Below, piece by piece: positions 1 through 12,646 of a stretch of 64,000 nt of DNA. The stretch spans positions 5,828,001 through 5,892,000 of the forward strand of contig CM052833.1 of the NCBI GenBank assembly GCA_028534125.1. The letters run 5' to 3'. Source of the stretch: Lama glama (lineage: Eukaryota). Within the stretch, counting starts at the first letter, position 1. Every line of letters begins with the position of its first letter. Position numbers and translations under genes: made by a program. A model generated the notes under the pieces. It worked only from the letters and a program-made list of their open reading frames with translations. It did no database searches and was not told the origin of the DNA.

Positions 1-399
1 TGAATATCTAGTTATATACATCACTATGTATTCACTTCCATGTAATGAATAACTTTTTAAAGCTCCTCAAAGTTTTATATAATAATCTTGTTGGATGCAA
101 AGGAAATAAAACTAATATTCTTAAAGTCCCAAATTAATCTTACAAAGCCAACTCATATAAATAGGAAAATATAGGAACAGTCATCATTTAAAAAGTGACT
201 GTGCAGACCACGAGACCCCATGTGTGTTCTGACATGATATAATCTGAATTACACAGCCACCTTCTTATGTGTTCTTGCCAAGATAAATAGATAAATTAAT
301 AGTAAATAAATAACAAAAAAATTAAAAACAGAAAAAAGCTGAACTTAAGTCCTTATCTCTAACTTCTAATCTATAGGAAATACGGAGACAGAGGACTAT

Positions 400-915
400 T
401 TTTAAATGACAATGCAAGGAACTCATTAGCCAGCTGAGAATGTCCGATGGTCTATAAGATAATTGACCCTGCTTTCTCAACAAGTCAATGGCATGCAACA
501 GGAAGAGGGGCAGGTGTTGTTCTCCAGATTGTAAGAGATGTATGAGATACAATAACCAAATACAAGTGAGACTTGTTGGATCCTGATTTGAACATGTCAG
601 TTTGAAAAATACATTTTTTTCAAGTCAATGGGATAAATTCGACTATGGATTGGATATAAAGGAATTGTTCATTTTATTGAGTGTGATACTGATAGTGTGT
701 ATACATAAACAAATGATATTTTTAGAGGAATACTGAAGTATTTAGGGTGAAATAATATGTCTGGAATTTGCTTCAAATTGCTTCAACCAGATTTTTTTAA
801 AGGGAGGATAGATGTAGTAAGTATGGAAAAGTGCTGATGGACGTCGGATGGTGCCTTAATAAGCATCCATTGCACTGTCAGTTTTTGTGTATATTTGGAA
901 ATTTTCATGACAAAG
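400..915 (+). mobile_element. Old L1 (L1MC/ME-type) 3' UTR fragment
   Basis: Motifs ttggatcctgatttgaac, gaagtatttagggtgaa and tgtctggaatttgcttcaaa are typical of old L1M 3' ends. Boundaries approximate. Confidence 0.55.
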
Positions 916-1341
916 AGGTGGCGGGAAAGTGGAAAGCAATGGCAAGTTACATAATCCTAAATAGAATTTGTGGATATTGAAAAATTACTTTCCATTTTTC
1001 ATGCCCTGCTGGTAAGAAACTTTTCAGACTCTCTCAAACAATTTTAACAGAACATTTGTAAAAGCTCTTCAGTCTGACTTTTTGTTGGAAAGCCAGAGTC
1101 GTGAAATTACGGGATGAGACGGGAGAGAAGCAGAGACCCACCGCATCCTGTGATGCAGCCGACCAGAGAGCCAGCCAGCCCGGTAGCCATCACACTGACT
1201 CTATTTTAAGACTTCATTTACTGCTTGCATATAAACACGATACTTTGAAAAGGTGCATATGTGGGTGGTAACACATCTGGAGGGAAACAAAAAGTAAGTA
1301 CAAATAAAAAGGAGGGGAATGAGGTAAATGTGGACACATAC

Positions 1342-1499
1342 CATACTCCAGCTGTAACCTCCCACAAGGTAAATGCTGTCATCCAGCACTGCACAGCCAG
1401 GACCACTTCGACCCTCCAAAATGGGAGTTTGGAGAATATTCCACTGGTCCCCTTTTGGGTCATAGCATTCCACGAGCATTACATCAAGGTGGGAGAAAC
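1342..1499 (-). CDS. KLHL14: KLHL14 coding exon (probably penultimate, exon 8)
   Basis: Encodes (G)FSHLDVMLVECYDPKGDQWNILQTPILEGRSGPGCAVLDDSIYLVGGYSWSM. Acceptor cttag| and donor ATG|gtatgt; 158 nt, phase 1 to 0. The final exon would lie left of the window. Confidence 0.95.
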
Positions 1500-1849
1500 C
1501 TAAGTGGCAGAGCAAAATGGAATCACCAAAGAATAAACTCTCAGGGTCCCAATTTAAGGCTAGAGTTTCTTTTTTAAAAAATGTCTTAAGCCAGGAAGTA
1601 GGTCATTGTGTCTTTGAAGACATGCATGTATAAATTTACTGGTGAAATTGGGAGACATGTCAGAAAGACCTAAAAAACAAACAAATAAATAAGCAAATAA
1701 GCAAATAAGCAAAACCCCTCAAAGCTCCAACTCTGGCTGTTCTGGATGAACTTAAAGCAAGAATGCCTGGCTAGAAGTCATTGGTAAAGGTCGATTTACC
1801 TTGGAGTATTGGTGAAGATTTACTTAAACTGTATCAAAAAGGTTTAAAA

Positions 1850-2090
1850 TAGTAATAGTTAAAGTAAGCATTTTATAGATTGTTCGCGATAAGCTGATTG
1901 TTTTCTAAGTGCTTTATATAAAGGAACTCATTTAATCCCCTCAATCACCCTATAGGTAGTTTATAACATTATATTCATTTTATAGGTGAGAAACTGAGTA
2001 ACAGAGGGAGTTAATGACTTGAGTAGGTTACACAGCCAGTAGATAAGCTGATATTTGAAGCCAGGAGAACAGATTTCAAAAGTCACACTT
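1850..2090 (-). mobile_element. MIR SINE
   Basis: MIR core in reverse orientation: ctcatttaatcc ... cattttataggtgagaaactgag. Confidence 0.7.
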
Positions 2091-2714
2091 TTACAGACTC
2101 AATTTGATTGCTTTTCGTAAGTGTATATTCAGTTCCCTCAAAATCTTTTACTTTTTTTTTTTTTTTACAGTCTGACTATGTTTATAAATAGCTGTGATGG
2201 TGTGGATGGTTTCTAATATCTACTAAGGATCATGGTTTAGAGGAGGGGGTTAACTTCCACTGAGGGACTTCTCCTGCCACTTCTGGTAAAATTTCTCAGT
2301 GGCTGGGGCAGTAACTAGGCTGCACAGAGCAACGCAGGTGCCGGGACTCCATCGAAGGCTGCCTTTTCATTTAGGGAGTCAAAAATCCTTGGTGGGAGCT
2401 TCAGGGTCACTGAGCAGACCAGATCTTTAAAGACGTTTTTTCCCCTAGTTAAACGCACGCTGCGGATGTTGGCTAGCTGACAATCATAATGCAGATATGA
2501 AATTAATCAACATACTGAATTCTTCAAAGGAATTGGGAAGATAGATCAAAAGTTAGAAAATTTTCATTCTTGAAGGAGTGGACAGATTATTTCAGGCCAC
2601 TAACTTCTTACATAACATAAATCACACAGATTTGGGAGCAATAGAGCAATGAGCATATTGCGACTCTGTGGTATAGCCCTTTCGTTTACTATTAAGATTT
2701 CGATGATAATTTTT

Positions 2715-2879
2715 TTTAACATTTTTTATCGATTTATAATCATTTTACAATGTTGCGTCAAATTCCAGTGTTCAGCACAATTTTTCAGTCATTCATGGAC
2801 ATATGCACACTCATTGTCACATTTTTTTCTCTGTGATTTATCATAACATTTTGTGTATATTTCCCTGTGCTATACAGTG
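2715..2879 (-). mobile_element. Young, 5'-truncated L1 3' end with 16-bp TSD
   Basis: Perfect TSD ttcgatgataattttt at 2699-2714 and 2880-2895. T-tail at the left end. Near-identical to the copy at 59957-60156. Confidence 0.85.
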
Positions 2880-4526
2880 TTCGATGATAATTTTTGAAGC
2901 ATATGTATACTTGGAATGGGGATTTGGGCAAGTTTCTCTAGTGGCATTGTAGGAGGATACGTGTGCCTTCTCTGTACCGAGTGCGTATATTACACCTGTT
3001 GACTGTAACCCTCACAATTATCAAAGAAAGGATAATTAGCCCCTTTTTTATAGACATGAGTTAAATGTCTAGAGTAAGAGCACATAACTGTCAGTGCATA
3101 ACTGGGAGTCGAACCCAGGCGTAGGTGCACAATCCATACCCTTTCCTCCTGGCTGCAGTGCCTCCCTGAACCAACCTAATTTTGATGTGTGTGCTATTTC
3201 TTATTTAGGTTTTCATTACCTAAGTCTCTTCTGTCCAATATAACCTTAAAAACTAAAAGTTCCTAAAAGGTTTAGGCACTCTGGTGCAAAAGAAATGAGT
3301 AGAAGTTGTATTTTAATGTAGAAAGCTACAAAGGTGATACCAAATATGTTGAGGTAAAGGGATGGTGTATGGACTGAAATGAAGGAACACTAGTGAACGG
3401 GAAAAGAATGAAAAGTGTAGAGTTTGAAGCAGTAAAGAAAAGTCTTTTCCACTGGGGAGCATGCTAAGGTGAGCAGCAGACAGAGACTTAGGGTACTGAC
3501 ATCTTTAATCGAATATGAACTTGGAAATAGTTACATAGAAATTACACTTGCCCACGCTTTGTTGTTTAGGGGTAAATATGTATTAGAAAAAAACAGAAAA
3601 AAGTCTATAGCTAACCCATTTTTTAAAGATGGGTATATGACTGGAAAATAAATGCACAGAATGGCCTACTGTACTATATGCAGATGGCCTTTTTCTCATT
3701 TTGTTCAGTTTCAAGGATCATGGAAAGTCAGAGCTGGAGGAGATTTTAGATATCAACTTAACCAGCTTCTTCATTATCAGATGAGGAGACTGAAGCTCAA
3801 AGCAGCTCAATAATGTCAACATCACAGGTCCCTCTGCTCTCCTGTCAAATTCAGTGTTACATACATGCCCCTGAAGTTATACACATGCACACAAGCTACA
3901 AAAAGTTGCAGTCATATACGTACACATGGAAGGAAGGGAGCCAAAACATGGCTCTAAAAATACTATACTTTAAATACTATACTATACTTTAAATGATATT
4001 TATTTTTTAAAAAAGCAAATGGAGAGAATTTGAGACGCATAGATGGTTTGATATCCAACTCTTCAAAGAAATAATTCTAAATTTAGACGTGAAATTCTAC
4101 TGTTTTCTTTAAGAAAAATCTCATATTAGCATCTTCGTGCAGCTATGACTACAGTTCTTTATGATTATTACCAAAACAATTTTCTAGAAAAAAATCCATT
4201 ATTATAACTTTGGCAATAAGGAATAATTTATTTTACTGAATTCATTGTCACAACAAATTGTGCTTTTCAGTTATTAATGCTCTCATTTTTTATTTTCTGT
4301 AGACATCATTATTCATTTCTTTAATGTGTACGGTAACTTAAAAATAATTCTGTCTGCAGGAGAGCCAACACAAGTGCCTGCCCAAGGGTACTGCTAATTT
4401 ACACAGAGTAGATTTTATTTGGTCAACATGTTTTTTACTTGGTTAACTATGATTATCTAACGAGAAACCCCCTTAGCAAGAAACAAGAGATGCAAATGTT
4501 ATTGTGATTTAAAAAAAAAAAAAGAC

Positions 4527-4685
4527 CTTTCAAATGATTTCCTCCAATTGCATACAGGCGATCACTCATTACAGCCAAAGTGTGGATGGCGCGTTTTGTG
4601 TTCATATCTTGTTTCCGAGCCCAGACATCCATAACGGGGTCATAGCAGTATAGCCACGGGACATATTCTCCATTGTGCACACCCC
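4527..4685 (-). CDS. KLHL14: KLHL14 internal coding exon (probably exon 7)
   Basis: Encodes (G)GVHNGEYVPWLYCYDPVMDVWARKQDMNTKRAIHTLAVMSDRLYAIGGNHLK(G). Acceptor cacag| and donor AAG|gtcttt; 159 nt, phase 1 to 1, in frame with both neighbouring exons. Confidence 0.95.
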
Positions 4686-4766
4686 CTGTGAATTCAGCAT
4701 AGACACCCAAGTCAAGAAGGCGCCTTGGAACTGAGCTCTGTCACAGAAAGTGGAGGGATGACTTGC
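4686..4766 (-). other. KLHL14: 81-nt GC-AG intron of KLHL14
   Basis: On the minus strand it begins gcaagt and ends ttcacag. This boundary restores the Kelch YISGGVHNGEY motif in frame. Confidence 0.9.
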
Positions 4767-4957
4767 CTGAAATATATATTTTCCCGTTGTGCACTGCTCC
4801 CGCGTGGGCTGCCAGAGGCTGTGGCAAAGAGGACACGTAACGCCATTCATTTGTTTCTAGGTTATAGCACTCCACACTGGACAAATAGCCGGTTTCATTC
4901 CGTCCACCAATAACATATAAGTGTTTGTCCAACCGACATGCATAGAAACTGGCTCTT
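4767..4957 (-). CDS. KLHL14: KLHL14 internal coding exon (Kelch repeats; probably exon 6)
   Basis: Encodes (R)RASFYACRLDKHLYVIGGRNETGYLSSVECYNLETNEWRYVSSLPQPLAAHAGAVHNGKIYIS(G), recognised as KLHL14. Acceptor ttgtag| and non-canonical donor CAG|gcaagt; 191 nt, phase 2 to 1. Confidence 0.95.
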
Positions 4958-5286
4958 CTACAATGAAAAACAAACATACAAACAAACAAAACAACCCACT
5001 GTAAATCACAAAAGGAGCCCAGTCAGTTAGGGAAAGGAGGGACATACTGCTTCAGAAAGTGGTGCAGACCTTTGGAAATTCCACCTAGAGCGATGTTCTA
5101 AATCTGAGACCTTGAGCAGTAATCATGGGCAGTGCCCATTCTGGTTAGCATGATTGATGCTGAAGAACGGTAGAGGAGAAATTCACCAACTCTTTGTTTC
5201 AGCTCCTTTTTATCATGCCTTTTACACGCTGGTAAAGCGTTCACTAATGTTTGGGATATTTGGTACCTTGTAAGGATATCACAGCT

Positions 5287-5418
5287 NNNNNNNNNNNNNN
5301 NNNNNNNNNNNNNNNNNNNNNNNNNNNNNNNNNNNNNNNNNNNNNNNNNNNNNNNNNNNNNNNNNNNNNNNNNNNNNNNNNNNNNNNNNNNNNNNNNNNN
5401 NNNNNNNNNNNNNNNNNN
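5287..5418. other. Assembly gap (132 N)
   Basis: Run of N. Confidence 1.
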
Positions 5419-6189
5419 CAATTATGATTTTTTTTCTTTTATCCCCCCCAGTACTACTGCAAATAGAGAAACTTTTTGACTGAATATAATGTTCAAAGCT
5501 TGCTCCTATATAACCATGTTTAGGAATTTCACCTACATACATTTTGGTGTAGAGTCTTAAAAAGCTATAGGATATTTTTAAGTCTCTTTTCAAGAGAGAC
5601 TGTTTATTAAATTAGCACGCCGTGCCATCAAAGGAAAAGACATGCAAGCTGTGTTGAAAGGACTGGAGACAGGGAGGCCAACTTGGAGGTAGGATAAAAT
5701 CTAGGAGCGAGATACTGAGGACCTGAATTACAGTTTTAGTGGAAGACATGAAAAGGGGTGATGCAAAATATTTTAAAGGAAGATGTAAGACCTGGTAACT
5801 TATAAGATATGAGAGCTGAGGGAGAAAAGAGGTTGGAAGAGGACTGAAAAATTTGGAGTTAGGATGACTAGGTTGAAATCTTAAGCAAATTCCTGAACTT
5901 TTGCTTCTTTTTTTTCATCAAAGCTACTGGAATAACAGATTTCATAAGGATACCGCGGTCCAATAACTGAAAAAGTATAATTGTGAATTGCCAAGCCTCT
6001 AAGAGAGCATACCTTATGTTTGATAAATTATTGGTTTTCATAAAAACTGATACCAAGACTTCCAGGCAAGGTCAATAATAAAACGAAGAGTCCTAGAAGT
6101 TTTGCATCAGATCAACCTGTTTTGTTTGCAGATTTTCCAAGTTGTGTCGACAAAGTGTCAAGACCTCTGGGAAGCAGGACACAGCATCT

Positions 6190-6420
6190 TGATGAACAGC
6201 TTGGTCTCTGGAATCAGGTTGCCTGGCTGTATGATTTACCGGGTGTGTGGTCTTTGACACGTTAATTAACCCATCTCAGCCTCAGGTTGCTCAATGGGGG
6301 TGACGACGGTAGCTTCCTCAGGGGGCTAGTTGTGAATACATATGTAAAGTGCTTGTCACAGCGTCCAACTTTTTTTTGTGCGCAGGAACTGCCAATTAAT
6401 ATTATCTGGATAAAAAGTCT
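6190..6420 (+). mobile_element. MIR SINE
   Basis: tctggaatcagg ... ctcagcctcaggttgctcaatgggg ... gttgtgaat ... tgtaaagtgctt. Confidence 0.6.
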
Positions 6421-6561
6421 TCTAAAATCAGCCATCAAGATGTTTGCATATAAACTTTTCCTAATAGTATTTTAAGTGACAACTAGCTTCGTTAATGTTT
6501 GTTTATACAACTTACTACCATATAGGTATAGTATATGTTATAGATGGTGATGTATTCAGCT

Positions 6562-7295
6562 TTATTTTTTTTCCAGTTTTACTGAAGTATAATTGACCAA
6601 TAAAATTGCAATATACTTAAAGGGTGCCATGTGACAATTTGATATGTGTGTACGTTGTGAGGTGATTCACACAATCAAGTTAATTAACACACTCATCACC
6701 TCACATAGCAATCTTTTTATTTTTTTCCTGGTGAGAATACTTAAGAGCTACCCTCTTAGCAAATTTCAAGGTAACAGTACGGTATCATTAACTATAGTTA
6801 CCATGCTGTACGTTAGATCCTCAGAACTTAGTTATAACTGAAAGTTTGGACCCTGTGACTGACCTCTCTCCATTTCCGCCACCAATGTCCCTTGGCAACC
6901 ACCATTCTAATCTCTGTTTCTTTAAGTTTGACTTTTAAAATACGATTGATTCTACATATAAAATGATGTCTTACAGTATGTGTCTTTCTCAGTCTGGCTT
7001 ATTTCATTTAGCATAGTCACTTTCAGTGTCATCCACGTTTGCCAGGCAAATGGCAGGACTTCCTTCTTTTCTACAGCAGAAAAACAGTCCATTGTATGTA
7101 CACTATTTTATGGCATACATTGTATATACACTACTATCTTTATCCATTCATCTGTCAACAGACACTTAGGTCGTTTCGGTACTTCAGCTCTTGTGAATAA
7201 TGCAGCAGTGAACATGGGAGTGCAGATGTCTCTTCAAGATTCTGACTGCTTCCTTCGGATACACTGTACGTGCAAAAGTGGGATGGCTGGATCGT
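6562..7295 (-). mobile_element. L1 3' end (L1MA-type)
   Basis: T-rich tail, then gaagtataattgac ... ctctttagcaaatttcaag-like ... tatccattcatctgtcaacagacacttaggtcgtttc ... aaaagtgggatggctggatc. This is a typical reverse L1 3' sequence. Confidence 0.85.
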
Positions 7296-7506
7296 AAAGT
7301 TCAGTGTTTTTGGACAGTCCTGGATGTGATAGCATCGTTGATCATTTTGGAGAATATTTTGGCTATGTTTGCTTTTTCTATGTTTTCTAATGCTTTCGAA
7401 AGAAATATGTGCTGTGGAAAATTTAGAAAGAGAGCAATACGGGAAAAAGGGAGATGGATAAAGGTTGGAAGAAGAATGAAGAGTAGGTGAGAGAGATTTC
7501 ATTAAG

Positions 7507-8006
7507 NNNNNNNNNNNNNNNNNNNNNNNNNNNNNNNNNNNNNNNNNNNNNNNNNNNNNNNNNNNNNNNNNNNNNNNNNNNNNNNNNNNNNNNNNNNNNN
7601 NNNNNNNNNNNNNNNNNNNNNNNNNNNNNNNNNNNNNNNNNNNNNNNNNNNNNNNNNNNNNNNNNNNNNNNNNNNNNNNNNNNNNNNNNNNNNNNNNNNN
7701 NNNNNNNNNNNNNNNNNNNNNNNNNNNNNNNNNNNNNNNNNNNNNNNNNNNNNNNNNNNNNNNNNNNNNNNNNNNNNNNNNNNNNNNNNNNNNNNNNNNN
7801 NNNNNNNNNNNNNNNNNNNNNNNNNNNNNNNNNNNNNNNNNNNNNNNNNNNNNNNNNNNNNNNNNNNNNNNNNNNNNNNNNNNNNNNNNNNNNNNNNNNN
7901 NNNNNNNNNNNNNNNNNNNNNNNNNNNNNNNNNNNNNNNNNNNNNNNNNNNNNNNNNNNNNNNNNNNNNNNNNNNNNNNNNNNNNNNNNNNNNNNNNNNN
8001 NNNNNN
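7507..8006. other. Assembly gap of exactly 500 N (probable scaffolding join)
   Basis: Run of 500 N. A round fixed size is typical of Hi-C scaffolding placeholders. Confidence 0.9.
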
Positions 8007-11000
8007 AATAGAGCAAACCCTTTGGGAAAAAAAACTTCAAAACCTAGGTTGCAGTAATGGATATAGCCCCCATCCATTATAATTATAATAATCCAGCCAA
8101 GCCACATTATGTCAATAAAATGTTGGGCAAAAACCACACAGCAGAGAAGCTTGCTCCCTACTGATATTTGAAAATAAAACACAGCTACAAAGATTACCCT
8201 CTATTAACGTGACTCCAGCAGGCTCTCCATTGCCTCTGCCCTGTCCCGATGAAGACCAGCATCACCTGTGCAATTTGTCCTCAATAAACACAAAACCTCT
8301 TCACGAGCCAGTGTTTCTTTCAGGTTAAGTGCGGTGGGCACAGCTGCCAATGCACAGGCCCACGATGCCTCAAAGACCTTCAGTGAGTTTTCTGTATTTC
8401 TTTTCATTTTAATAGAATTTGTGAGCGACAGAAGTCCGCAATCACATCAAAAGCTGCCTTCAGAGTTGGCCTCTTGGAGTACTCTTAATCCTAAGAATCT
8501 AAAGGCAGCAAGCAAAAGCCTGGGCGTTTGTACTTCTGTGTGTTTAAAGCAAGATTCTAAATCTGTCTTCCTTTTCCTAGCGGAAAGCACACCAAAGTCT
8601 CCGGACACCACCGCAGTTCAATGTCTGGTTTCCTCAGAGCTTTTCTGGTTCAGCTTCAGTCTGTAAGTCTATTGAGCTGGCCGGGTGGGTACCACTAATA
8701 CATGTGGTTTACGTTAATGCTATTCATGATGTTTATCCTAACTCTGCAGGAAGCAGCTCACCAGATGGTATTCACGTTTGTGTGTTGCTAAAATACACTC
8801 GGAACCTCCATTCTAAAGAGGAATCCATCAATTGCAACGTCAATAAAACACACGCCTCTGCCATTTGTTATTGAAAAGGCCATTTTCAATCTGAGAAGAA
8901 AAACTGGACACTCAGAACACAATGTTGAAATCAAGCATCTTCCCGAGCCTGCATCATGATTCGGGGATCAGCTGATACCTGCAGAACAATGCAGGTGATT
9001 AGAAAAGGGAATTTCAAGTGAGCAAGAGCTTGGTAGCTTCAAGGAGGAGAGCAAGTGATTCAGTGCAAAAAGGGTAAATTTCCTTAGCACCTTCCCAGCT
9101 GAGGACATTGTGCTCATCTCAGGCAGATACTAAGTGATGCAGTAAAGCAGCAAATTAGAAGAATGTAAATTCTTTAGCAGGAATTGCACGCAGGGGAAAA
9201 GTGCCTCCTAATGCTCATATTTGTTTTCATGTAAATAATGTACACTCTTCCTAAAATCAGACTGGCACAGGCCTAAGTAAGATGTCAAATCTGCAATAGA
9301 TAATATGCCGGGCTCGAAAAATGGCAGGGACACAGTAATCTTCCTTTTTGGGTGGAATTCTTGCTGGCGAATGAGCACTCCCCAGCGTCGAAACCCAGCA
9401 GTCTCGGTCTTTTGCGTCCTCTCTCATGCCTGCGCACATGCGTTTGTGTTCTCACCCCCTCCCTTCTCCCTTTCTTATTACACGAAATCATATGCTAATT
9501 GGTCGAGTGCTCCTGGATGACATCATTTCTGTGTTAACTGAGGTAACCGCTGTTGTTATTCCGCCCCCATCCCTCTGTTTGTCGCCTGGCGCAGATCTGG
9601 CGATGCCCGGGGTTCTGTCCTAGGTTAATCGGAGCCTCACTGTTCTACAAAGAATGGTCCAGGGTGAGCCCAGTGGGTGGATCAGAGAGGCCTGGGTTCT
9701 CCTCCGTCGTCTCTTAGGACCAGGAAACCTAGGACAAGGGCTCAAAGCCCCATCTGCACAATGTCTTTAGTTGGTTTTCCATCAGCCTCACCTTCATTCT
9801 TCTCTCCCTAACTGCTTATGGCACTTTCAGACCAGACCGCAACATTTAGCACTTCATTGTAACGTGCCTCATATTGTCCACTGGGGACATTATTGTCACG
9901 CAGATTAGGCACATTCACCCTCCCAAGAAAACTTCTCAAAGATGCCTGTTATGGAGCACAAGGCACTGTTGGCTGCCCTCTGCTCTGTCTTGGCAATTAG
10001 GTAGGTCCAGCCCCAGCAGTGAGGGAGCTCGCAACCCAGGGGCGAGAACAAAGGTGTTAACAGCGGATCTACAATACGGCGCTCAGAAGGCAGTTAGCAT
10101 GGGATGTTTAAGATGTCCTAGGAGGACACTGGTATATTTGGGGGGTCTAGGTGCTATCTCAGATAAGATTGGCATTTTGCTGATAAAAGACTGAGACGGA
10201 TCATCTCAGGCAGAGAACTGAGGTCAGTGTCTGCGGGGAGATGCTGGTGGGGCCCCCAAGGAGACCAGGAAGGATGGGGAGAGAAAAACAAAGAGCTAGC
10301 ACAAGGTATTCAGAGATGCTCAAGGACTATGTTTTTAGGTTGAATCATATAAAATTACCAACCTTAACCATAAATTTCTGACCTAAAAATACAGCATTTT
10401 TATATACTACGGAATTCTTAACGCTACGTTTCTCTGTATACTTCCGCACAGACAGTGTGTTTGTTAGGTAGTGTTCGTCTAGCTGGAGGGAGGGAGGTCA
10501 GTCCCCTCATGGAGAATCCCCACTCCAGGGGCAGTCAGAATTTGAAAGACTCTAATGGAAACTTCGCCCTCCACATGAAGCTCCAGCAAAACTTCAGCTA
10601 TCTTTATGGCCAATCAACTCCAGAGGCTTTCTCGGTTAGAGTCACAGATACGAGAAATGATTTTTCATTGGTGAAATGAATGGTGATCAGGACATGCGTA
10701 TTGACCGAGATGCTGTGCAGGCGTCCCACTCAGGCACGAACGGGGCGTAAGAATCCGTCGAGCCCAATAGCCTGTGCAATTAGGGCCGTGCCTGAGGCTC
10801 GATGCGGAAATTGTCCTGCGTCCAGCTGCTGACTCAGAGGATTCTACTCGTCTGAATCTGGCTGGAATGTTCGCTGAATCCTGCTGCTAAATCACTGCCT
10901 CTTTGCCTCTGATGAACCGTCTGGGCGAGGAGCTGTGGGAGCACTCAAAGGGACCCACAGCTAGGACTTTATCAAGCTCGTAAAGCTCCTGTGTGTCTCC

Positions 11001-11476
11001 TGACTACAAATGTTAGTATGTGTGGCAGAATTTGATCTAAGCCTTGCTGTCGTTAAAACTTGGGTGTCAAGGCTGTCTCTGTCCAAGAAATCTATCACCC
11101 TCACCAAGCTACCAATATGTTCCTAAAAGAGCGTCATACTGTTGATTAAATCAGCTTCGGTCAGCTCACAGCATCCCTCTAGCGTAGGGCCCAGCACAGC
11201 AATAGCCATGCGGGGAGCAGTGCGTAGACAAACGTTCATTACACACTAAGGTATTGACACAGGCTGAGATTATAGGATTATAGTTGCATATAGACTAATA
11301 AGAGCGAGTTAGAGCTATCTGGGGGAAAGGACTTTCCTTCAAACTTCAGAGATTATCCCTTCCAGCCCCCTCAGTTAATTGCTAGAGATTTGGAGGCCCC
11401 ACAATCTCACCGATAATCTGTGGCAACTGACACCACAATCCAGGTTTCTGAATCCTACTGAAGAGGTCATTTCACC

Positions 11477-11645
11477 AGATGGTGGCCCTCATATTTGTGT
11501 ATGCATCACAATCCCCTATGTGGCTTGCTGAAAGACAGATTGCTGGGGGCAACCCCTAGAATGTCTCATTCAGTAGGTCTGGGGTGGGGCCTGAGAATTT
11601 GCACTTCAAACAACTTCCCAGGCGAGGCGATGCTGCTGGAGAAGT
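11477..11645. mobile_element. MER5A (hAT-Charlie MITE)
   Basis: cagattgctggg ... ttcagtaggtctggggtggggcctgagaatttgcactt ... aacaacttcccagg ... gatgctgctgg. Confidence 0.75.
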
Positions 11646-12646
11646 CCTGCCCTACAGCAGACTTAACCACCCCACATCCACCCACCCCCATCCAAATATC
11701 CCTGTTTCTAATCATCTGGGCCAGCTCCACCTCCATGACCTCCAGCTGTACACCAAACCAACTGCTACCAAAATAGCGCCCCCACTTCTCATGATACCCG
11801 ACTTGAAGCCCTGCATTCACATCCCAGATTTAGCAAATGATCCATCTTCTGGGGACTACAAAGATATGCTTTGTTTTCTTTTCTTTTTGGAAACATAGGA
11901 TATCTTTGAGGAACTAATACAACTTGAGCTCGGAAAATCTTGCGGCCAGATCACGTGGGTCTAGAATATCAGGTCGAAGGGAGCCAATTCCGGCCAGCTT
12001 TAGGGCTGAAAGTTCTGCACCCTGAGAAGCCCCTTAGCCCTGGGGAGACCACTATGGTTGCTCACCCTATACAGCATGGGGTTTGATTTGTGATTTTCAA
12101 CAACGGAATCTAGCCATTCCTCCCCCATACATGCATGACCATGCTTTGTTCCCACCTCTCTGTCAGGCCCAGGAGACAAAACAATATACTACTGCAGACC
12201 TTCATGGTCTAATGAAGGAGGAAGATGGGTAGACAACAAATCTTGTTAGATGTACTTTAATCGAAGGTGTTTCTGCACCAAAGCCATAGGAACAGAGTTG
12301 TACTTTGAAAATACTAGGGGGCTGAAAGAGGGAGATTGAAAGAAGGAAAATGTCACTTTCAAGGGAATTTTCTTCTGTAAATAGGGGATGCTACATTTGT
12401 TCATAGGCAGGGGAATAGAGGATAAATACAGAGGGGAGAGAACAGTTCTCAGTTGAGGAGGGGACAATGAACCAGAGACTGCATTATTACCTGGAAAGGT
12501 TTTGGTTTGGTTTTCATCACACACCCCTTGCCCTCTGCTGACCCTTCTTCTGAGGATCCTCAGTGCAGCGGAGGAGACTGAAGACATAAAAGAGAGAGGG
12601 CACACTTGATAGAGATGGGCCCAGAAGAGGCAGAAGGAGGAGGAAC

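Noticed and set aside
1201-4989. Stand-alone Kelch ORFs or a processed pseudogene
   Set aside because: The ORF ends are intronic read-through. Intact splice sites and phases show these are exons of the functional gene.
5098-8182. Long ORFs of 100-226 aa around the gaps (also at 18.6, 22.0, 38.1 and 50.3 kb)
   Set aside because: Artefacts of translating through N-runs.
8268-8666. 132-aa plus-strand ORF
   Set aside because: Non-ATG start, no recognisable domain and Ser/Phe-rich composition typical of a chance ORF.
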